Shown in pieces: positions 58,131 through 64,000 of a stretch of 64,000 nt of DNA. A model generated the notes under the pieces. The model searched no databases and was not told the DNA's origin. It saw nothing but the letters and a program-made list of their open reading frames with translations. Every line of letters starts with the position of its first letter. Within the stretch, counting starts at the first letter, position 1. This DNA is from Candidatus Saccharimonadota bacterium (GTDB lineage Bacteria; Patescibacteriota; Saccharimonadia; Saccharimonadales; AWTP1-31): assembly GCA_026395435.1 (NCBI GenBank), contig JAPLYT010000003.1, positions 68,024 through 132,023 of the forward strand, read 5' to 3'. A program made the position numbers and the translations under genes.

Positions 58131-58301
58131 ATGAGCAACTTTCTTCTTTCTTTGTTATTCAGCCTAGGTGTCGGCGCTTGGGTATACGGAAAATCACAGC
58201 GTCGTAATGGTGGCCTCACGCAGCAGTCGCTCGTGGCGGCCGGCATCGTTGGCTTTATGGCTTTCATCGTCTTTTTTACGGTCGTAGTTACCATACTCTA
58301 G
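58131..58301 (+). CDS. Small two-TM membrane protein (56 aa)
   Basis: Below the ORF-track cut-off: MSNFLLSLLFSLGVGAWVYGKSQRRNGGLTQQSLVAAGIVGFMAFIVFFTVVVTIL; co-oriented, 5 nt after HIT. Confidence 0.65.
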   Translation: MSNFLLSLLFSLGVGAWVYGKSQRRNGGLTQQSLVAAGIVGFMAFIVFFTVVVTIL

Positions 58302-58354
58302 CCACTTAATACTATTTTCTAGTAAAAATCGTTAAAAATTAGTATCATTAGGCT

Positions 58355-59215
58355 ATGAATCAATCGGGTGGTGTCGGACTTGAGAAGTCCTTAGGGTTAA
58401 CGTTGCAACGAGCACGGCAAAAAGCGGGGCTTACTCAGCAGGCGATGTGCCAACGTGCCGGACTTAGCTACTCGACGCTGGCCAAAATTGAGCGAGGCGC
58501 CATCAAATCACCTTCCATTTTCACCATTAAACAGATAGCGGAAGTATTAGGCTCATCACTCGATGACCTCGTCGGTAGCGTTAACGGACGGGCAGATACT
58601 AAGAAGACCACCAAAAGCGGCGTGCGCTTTGTATATTTTGACATCAACGGTTGTTTGGTGCGCTTTTTTCACCGAGCTTTTACCGCCATGGCCGCCGATA
58701 CAGGCGTCTCACCCGACACTATCGAAACAGCATTCTGGCAGTATAACGATGCAATATGTACTGGTGAGATGACCACACAAGAATTTAATCGAAAACTCGC
58801 TAAAGATCTCGGCATTGAGTCACTCGACTGGGAGAAATACTATCTCGACGCCGTAGACCCGATCCCTGAAATGCATGATTTGGTACGATGGGCCGCCGAA
58901 AACTATTCGATTGGCTTACTGAGCAATATTGGTAGTGGATTTATCGACATTATGATCAAGGCCGGCCTATTGCCTGACGTCGCCTATGACGCCATTGTCG
59001 ATTCGTCAAAAGTGGGCGTTATAAAACCAAGTCCGAAGATTTACGAGATTGCCGAAGCAATGGCCGGCGTGCCAGGCAATGAGATACTCCTGATAGACGA
59101 TACGAGAGCCAACCTGATCCCCGCAGGGCACGCTGGTTGGCATGTAATGTGGTTTAACGACTACGATTCCGAAGAATCTACTAAACGCGTTCGTACGGCC
59201 TTAGAACCAGCCTAG
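58355..59215 (+). CDS. XRE-family HTH fused to a HAD-IA phosphatase
   Basis: RARQKAGLTQQ..LSYSTLAKIERG..SPS; FDINGCL, LLSN, KP.P.IY, IDD..AN. Confidence 0.85.
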   Translation: MNQSGGVGLEKSLGLTLQRARQKAGLTQQAMCQRAGLSYSTLAKIERGAIKSPSIFTIKQIAEVLGSSLDDLVGSVNGRADTKKTTKSGVRFVYFDINGCLVRFFHRAFTAMAADTGVSPDTIETAFWQYNDAICTGEMTTQEFNRKLAKDLGIESLDWEKYYLDAVDPIPEMHDLVRWAAENYSIGLLSNIGSGFIDIMIKAGLLPDVAYDAIVDSSKVGVIKPSPKIYEIAEAMAGVPGNEILLIDDTRANLIPAGHAGWHVMWFNDYDSEESTKRVRTALEPA

Positions 59216-59217
59216 TA

Positions 59218-60135
59218 TTAGCGAAAATCTTTCAACTTATCAGCGAGATCGGAATTCAGTATCTTAGCTATGGCTCTTTTTTGGATTTGACGAATACCAA
59301 ACTCCGAACGTCCTAGTTCAGTAGCTGCCTGACTGACCGTTACACTAAACTCCCCAAGATAACGGAGCTGTAAAACACGCTGCTCAATTTTTGATAATGG
59401 TGACGACTCATCGCTGAGTACGGCAATGATTTGATCGACTGTAACTTCTTGGATGCTATGATTATGCGAAGAGTCATCCGCGACATCAAGAGGGCTCGTC
59501 ATATTCATTTGATCTGTCTGATCAGATCCGTCATTAGTGGCGGGCACATCGATCGAAGTAAGGGCCATAACCCGACCTACGTTAGTTCTATTACGAGCTA
59601 CTTTTTCGGCGGTTATACCGAGGGCGTGGGCGACGCTGTCGTCGCTTGGCAAGGTGCCCGTCTCTTCACGTAATTCCTGAACGGTATCGGCAATGAGCGC
59701 TGATCGATCGAGGGCACTATCGGGAAGATATATGGTCGACCCTTTATTGCTGATATATCTTCGGACATAGCCTCGCATGTTTTTATAGGCAAGTGGAAAG
59801 AACCGGTCATTTCTATTTTTGTCCCAAACCAACGCACTATAGAAAAGTCCAAAATGAGCTTCCTGCATCAAATCCGACGGATCAATATTGGGCATATTTT
59901 TGACAAAATTGGCGTATCGTCCAGTTATCGATTCTGCTCCAGCGATGTTTGCTCTCCAAAGATTCTCTAAAGCATCGGTTGCATCTGGCGTGAGGCTACC
60001 ATCGATGGGGCTGACGTTGTCGTCTTCATTTGGAGTGAACCCGGCCTGAACCCGATCAGTCATGGCGATATCAAATTCTCGCTGATCTGCGTCGGCTATT
60101 TCGTACTTATGAAGACGCTCCAAAGGGCTTTGCAT
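59218..60135 (-). CDS. Alternative sigma-70 family factor (regions 2-4)
   Basis: DLMQEAHFGL..A..WD....F...A, region 3 ELREETG.LPSD..VA, region 4 EQRVLQLRY...A.ELG.SE..IRQIQKRAIAK. Confidence 0.78.
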   Translation of the reverse strand: MQSPLERLHKYEIADADQREFDIAMTDRVQAGFTPNEDDNVSPIDGSLTPDATDALENLWRANIAGAESITGRYANFVKNMPNIDPSDLMQEAHFGLFYSALVWDKNRNDRFFPLAYKNMRGYVRRYISNKGSTIYLPDSALDRSALIADTVQELREETGTLPSDDSVAHALGITAEKVARNRTNVGRVMALTSIDVPATNDGSDQTDQMNMTSPLDVADDSSHNHSIQEVTVDQIIAVLSDESSPLSKIEQRVLQLRYLGEFSVTVSQAATELGRSEFGIRQIQKRAIAKILNSDLADKLKDFR

Positions 60136-60202
60136 CATATAATTATATAATAAATTAGAGAACAATGCAAATATGCAACTCAGCTACGCTATGTTTGACG
60201 CG

Positions 60203-62755
60203 CTAACTCAGTCTTTTGAGTTCATCTTCTAAAGTTTCGAGTACAGCTTTTGCATCGCTCAATGACTGTTTCGTGTCGTCGACAATCTTTTGTGGCGCAT
60301 GATCGACGTAACTCTTATTGGACAATCGAGCTTCAAAGTTAGCGATAAGCTTGATTTGTTCTTGTTGTCTCTCTACTAGTTTTTTCGAGTACGAGGTAAG
60401 CACTTCGTCGGGGATATCGAGCCAGACATGTTGCTTGGCAGAGGTTAATTTTAGTCCCCTCCCCTGGTCTGTTAGCGCGATGCTCCCTGTTCGGGCTAGG
60501 TTGGTGATCAGGTCGGCATTGTCTTCGATAGTTGCTGACTGATGAATGATATTTGGCTTCGATAGATTCATTGCTTTCGATAGCTGGCGAATTTCGGTAA
60601 TGATATACGTCAGATCTTCGAATTTCTTGGCTTTTGGCTTCGAGGCATCAGGGATGGTTGGCCAAGGAGAGATGATAAGCAGTTCATCGCTCCAGGCGAG
60701 TTCTTGCCAGATAGCTTCGGTGATGAACGGCGCAAACGGATGACACAGTTTGAGGATACTCGATAAGCTGAATTTGAGGATACTGAGGTTGGGGCTAATC
60801 TTGGAAGCTTCGAGGTACCAACTGGCAAAGTCATCCCAAACAAAGTGATACAGTGTATCGTAGGCTTCACTGAGTCGCATATTATCTAAATCTTTAGTCA
60901 CCACCTCTGTTGTATGTTGTAGCTTAGACAACAGCCAGTGATCGGCGTCGCTGATGGGGTTTGGTTCGCTGGACGCGAGATCATCTTCGATTTTTTCTTG
61001 GACGAAGCGAGCAATATTCCATAATTTGTTGCAGAAGTTTCGAGCCCCAACTACTTTTGATTCATCATATGGTCGGTTATTCCCGGCTGATTCTCCGGAG
61101 ATAATTCCCATCCGGAAGGCATCAGAACCAAATTTGAGCACTTTGTCGATCGGGTTTACCACGTTGCCCTTACTCTTACTCATTTTCTGGCCATGTTCAT
61201 CTTGAATGAGGCCATGAAGGTAGACGGTTTCAAACGGAATTGCCCCAGTGTTGTACAGGCCTAACATGATCATTCGACTCACCCACGGATACAGGATATC
61301 GGCTCCGGTCTCCATGACGCTCACCGGGTAGAATGTGGCGAAATCTTTGCCATCAGGGTAATCAAGCGTGGCATACGGCCATGAGCTGCTACTAAACCAG
61401 GTGTCAAACACATCGGGGTCGCGATGATAGACGACGCCATCCACGGTGATTGATTCTTTGGTGACACGTTCATCAAAAATCCACTTGGAAGCATCTTGGC
61501 TACTCTGAAATGCAGGGATTGGTATGCCCCAGGCGATCTGACGACTAATGTTCCAATCGCGCAGCCCCTCCAGGTAGGTGATCAGCTGCTTTTTCTTGAC
61601 CGTCGGATGGAAAGAAATTTCATTGGTTTTAAGCGTTTTAATAGCTTCTTTAGCGAGTGGCGTCGTGTCGATAAACCACTGTTCACGAAGCAATGGTTCG
61701 ATGACGGTACCGCACTTATAGCAGTGGCCGACGTTATGGACGATCTCTTCCCTTCTCTCGAGTAGATTTTGAGCGATGAGGACATTCACGACCTTTTCAC
61801 GAGCGGATACGACATCAAGCCCGATGAACTCTTCGGGAGCTTCGTGGGTGATGAGCCCGTCATGGCCGATTATGCTGATTCGCGGGAGATCATGACGCTC
61901 AGACATATCATAGTCGTTCTGATCGTGAGCAGGGGTGATCTTGACGGCACCGGTACCGAATTTCATATCCACAAAGTCATCAGCGATAATCGGAATATCT
62001 CGATTTGACAGAGGTAGACGAACCGTTTTACCTACAAATGTAGCGTAGCGTTTGTCTTTTGGATGAACCGCCACTGCCACATCGCCGAGCATCGTTTCAG
62101 GGCGGGTTGTAGCTACTACCACTTCCCCGCTGCCATCACTGAGTGGATAGCGAATGTGCCATAAATGGCCCTTCGACTCCTTATGAGACACCTCAATATC
62201 AGCAAAACCGGTACCGTGATAGGTACAAAAGTTAACTAGTTTCTGCGCACGGTAAATGAGTCCATCATCCCACATCTTTTTGAAGCTGGAATAGGCTTGT
62301 TTGACGATCTTTTTATCGAGCGTGTAGGTGTAACGGGTCCAATCGACACTGGCCCCAAGTTGTCGGAATTGCGTCTCATAGTTATCTTTATTTTGCGCTA
62401 CAAAATCCCAAATTTGGGAATATAACTCTTCTCGTGTGAAGTCGAACCTACTCTTCCCTTGCGCGGCCAAGTGTTTTTCGTACACTACCCAGGTCTCGAA
62501 ACCAGCATGATCGGCGCCTGGAAGCAGAAGCGACGCCTCCCCTTTCATGCGGTGGTATCGGACGGCGATGTCTTCGACAGCAAAGCCTAGACCATGACCA
62601 ATATGGAGGTTGCCATTGGCATTCGGAGGAGGAATGACGATGCTAAAAGATTTTTTACTACCCCTGTTTTTGGGAGTAAATGTATGATTATTCTCCCACA
62701 GTTCGTAGATCTTAGTTTCATGGTCCGATGGAGTATATGTCTTGGATAGATTCAT
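60203..62755 (-). CDS. valS: Valine--tRNA ligase
   Basis: PPPNANGNLHIGH, TTRPETMLGD, DWNISRQIAWG, DVFDTWFSS, KMSKS, C-terminal coiled coil. Confidence 0.97.
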   Translation of the reverse strand: MNLSKTYTPSDHETKIYELWENNHTFTPKNRGSKKSFSIVIPPPNANGNLHIGHGLGFAVEDIAVRYHRMKGEASLLLPGADHAGFETWVVYEKHLAAQGKSRFDFTREELYSQIWDFVAQNKDNYETQFRQLGASVDWTRYTYTLDKKIVKQAYSSFKKMWDDGLIYRAQKLVNFCTYHGTGFADIEVSHKESKGHLWHIRYPLSDGSGEVVVATTRPETMLGDVAVAVHPKDKRYATFVGKTVRLPLSNRDIPIIADDFVDMKFGTGAVKITPAHDQNDYDMSERHDLPRISIIGHDGLITHEAPEEFIGLDVVSAREKVVNVLIAQNLLERREEIVHNVGHCYKCGTVIEPLLREQWFIDTTPLAKEAIKTLKTNEISFHPTVKKKQLITYLEGLRDWNISRQIAWGIPIPAFQSSQDASKWIFDERVTKESITVDGVVYHRDPDVFDTWFSSSSWPYATLDYPDGKDFATFYPVSVMETGADILYPWVSRMIMLGLYNTGAIPFETVYLHGLIQDEHGQKMSKSKGNVVNPIDKVLKFGSDAFRMGIISGESAGNNRPYDESKVVGARNFCNKLWNIARFVQEKIEDDLASSEPNPISDADHWLLSKLQHTTEVVTKDLDNMRLSEAYDTLYHFVWDDFASWYLEASKISPNLSILKFSLSSILKLCHPFAPFITEAIWQELAWSDELLIISPWPTIPDASKPKAKKFEDLTYIITEIRQLSKAMNLSKPNIIHQSATIEDNADLITNLARTGSIALTDQGRGLKLTSAKQHVWLDIPDEVLTSYSKKLVERQQEQIKLIANFEARLSNKSYVDHAPQKIVDDTKQSLSDAKAVLETLEDELKRLS

Positions 62756-63099
62756 GTTGCCTAGGTACACCTGTCTTGTTTTATCAATTTATGTGACGCC
62801 AACTCATTACAAATACATAGTATCACCTCTGTTGGGTAACGCGCAATACGATGTTATTCCACGTGGAAAACATGAGCAATATAAACCAGCACTTTGTTCG
62901 CAAAGTGTTCGTACATGGTGCCCAAATGGTGTTAGTAGGATTGTGTGTAGTCTCACTGGTTTTGCAAGACTACACAAATGTTTGTTTTCAGATCTACCAT
63001 ACACCCATACAAACATAAGCGTCAATATTGACAATTAAATAACTATATATCAAAAGAATTGGCGGATTTTTAACATTGCTAGGGAAATACTAAAAGTGG

Positions 63100-64000
63100 T
63101 TACATCGAAAGGTTAGGGTTGATGTCGAGCGTGTATGGGTCGGCCGTGGGCTGGTCATGCTTCATTTTATAGCAGCCAAGTGTGGCGATCATGGCGCCAT
63201 TGTCGGTGCAGAGCTTTGGATCGGCGTATTTGATGTCGATGGGAAGGCGATCGCTGAGTTGGCGGCGTAATTCTGGGCTTGCCGCCACGCCGCCTCCAAT
63301 AACCACCGAAGCAGGGGAGAACTCTTCAAAAGCTCTGACGGTTTTATCAACGACAGTTTCTATGGCTACACGCTGGAAACTAGCAGCCACATCGGCCTTC
63401 TGGGCTTCACTCAATAGCTCTGCAAGCTTAAAGGAAGGGAAGTCGTGACTTTTCCCGCAAAGTTGCTGAACGGTGCGCAGAACGGCTGTTTTGGGGCCAG
63501 AGAATGAGTAGTTATATGGATCTTTGAGCTTGGCTTTGGGAAATTCAAATGCATGAGGATCTCCACGCTTAGCCATGTTGGCAATACTGGGGCCACCAGG
63601 GTAGGGGAGACCAAGAACTTTGGCGACTTTGTCGAATGCTTCACCAATAGCATCATCAAGTGTTTGCCCGAGCAGTGTATAGTCGAAATGATCGCGAAAT
63701 AGTACCAATTGACTATGACCACCGCTGACAATTAAGGCTAAAAGCGGGAATTTCGGCTCGTTGGCGGGGAATTTCAAGCTCGCTGTAATTGCTGGGGAAC
63801 CGGAAGTAATAAAGTTGGCATAGACATGCCCTTCGACGTGGTTGATGGCATAGAGGGGTTTGCTGCGACTGATGGCCAACGTTCTTGCAGTCGTTACGCC
63901 CACCAACAGGCAGCCACCTAATCCGGCACCGTACGTAACGGCAATTCCATCGATATCTTCCCAGAGTTCATCCATACTTGGTTTAATAGAAGTTCCTGCA
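63100..64000 (-). CDS. tsaD: tRNA t6A threonylcarbamoyltransferase TsaD (5' part outside window)
   Basis: NHVEGH, LIVSGGH, DDAIGEAFDK, GLPYPGGP, GGGVAA, TDNGAMI; frame is open to the window edge. Confidence 0.95.
   Translation of the reverse strand, partial: AGTSIKPSMDELWEDIDGIAVTYGAGLGGCLLVGVTTARTLAISRSKPLYAINHVEGHVYANFITSGSPAITASLKFPANEPKFPLLALIVSGGHSQLVLFRDHFDYTLLGQTLDDAIGEAFDKVAKVLGLPYPGGPSIANMAKRGDPHAFEFPKAKLKDPYNYSFSGPKTAVLRTVQQLCGKSHDFPSFKLAELLSEAQKADVAASFQRVAIETVVDKTVRAFEEFSPASVVIGGGVAASPELRRQLSDRLPIDIKYADPKLCTDNGAMIATLGCYKMKHDQPTADPYTLDINPNLSM

Noticed and set aside
62742..63038. ORFs 62742..63038(+) and 62807..63034(-)
   Set aside because: Cys-rich, motif-less translations of a probable non-coding leader

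Overview
This window appears to be the replication-origin region of a small-genome bacterium, most likely Saccharibacteria (Patescibacteria/CPR). That assignment is inferred from gene content and style, not from a database search. From left to right it contains: (1) ~1-29.6 kb, a surface-glycan locus with scrambled gene orientation, encoding GDP-mannose to GDP-D-rhamnose and UDP-glucuronate to UDP-xylose pathways, about ten glycosyltransferases, Wzm/Wzt, flippases, methyltransferases, an O-antigen-ligase-like protein and an embedded secreted lysozyme-like/Ig-repeat protein; (2) jag-yidC-rnpA-[Phd/PIN toxin-antitoxin]-rpmH / dnaA-oriC-dnaN-recF; (3) ~37.6-52.6 kb, a monoderm-conjugation-like type IV secretion locus (VirB6-like, PrgI, VirB4, three peptidoglycan-hydrolase domains) facing a divergent array of six pilin genes; (4) hsp20, comF and four tRNAs (Ser-TGA, Arg-GCG, Ser-GCT, Ser-CGA); (5) HIT, an XRE-HAD fusion, an alternative sigma factor, valS and partial tsaD. 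The most unusual signal is non-coding. Three tRNAs are each followed by an 'echo' element: a terminator that pairs back onto the CCA end, an inverted copy of the T-arm, then a direct copy of the tRNA 3' end split in the T-loop by a hairpin-rich insert. Two of these elements share a ~54-nt module with a compensatory base-pair change. Many genes also have a -10 hexamer 6-7 nt before the start codon, suggesting widespread leaderless mRNAs. No CRISPR array, integrase or transposase was seen.
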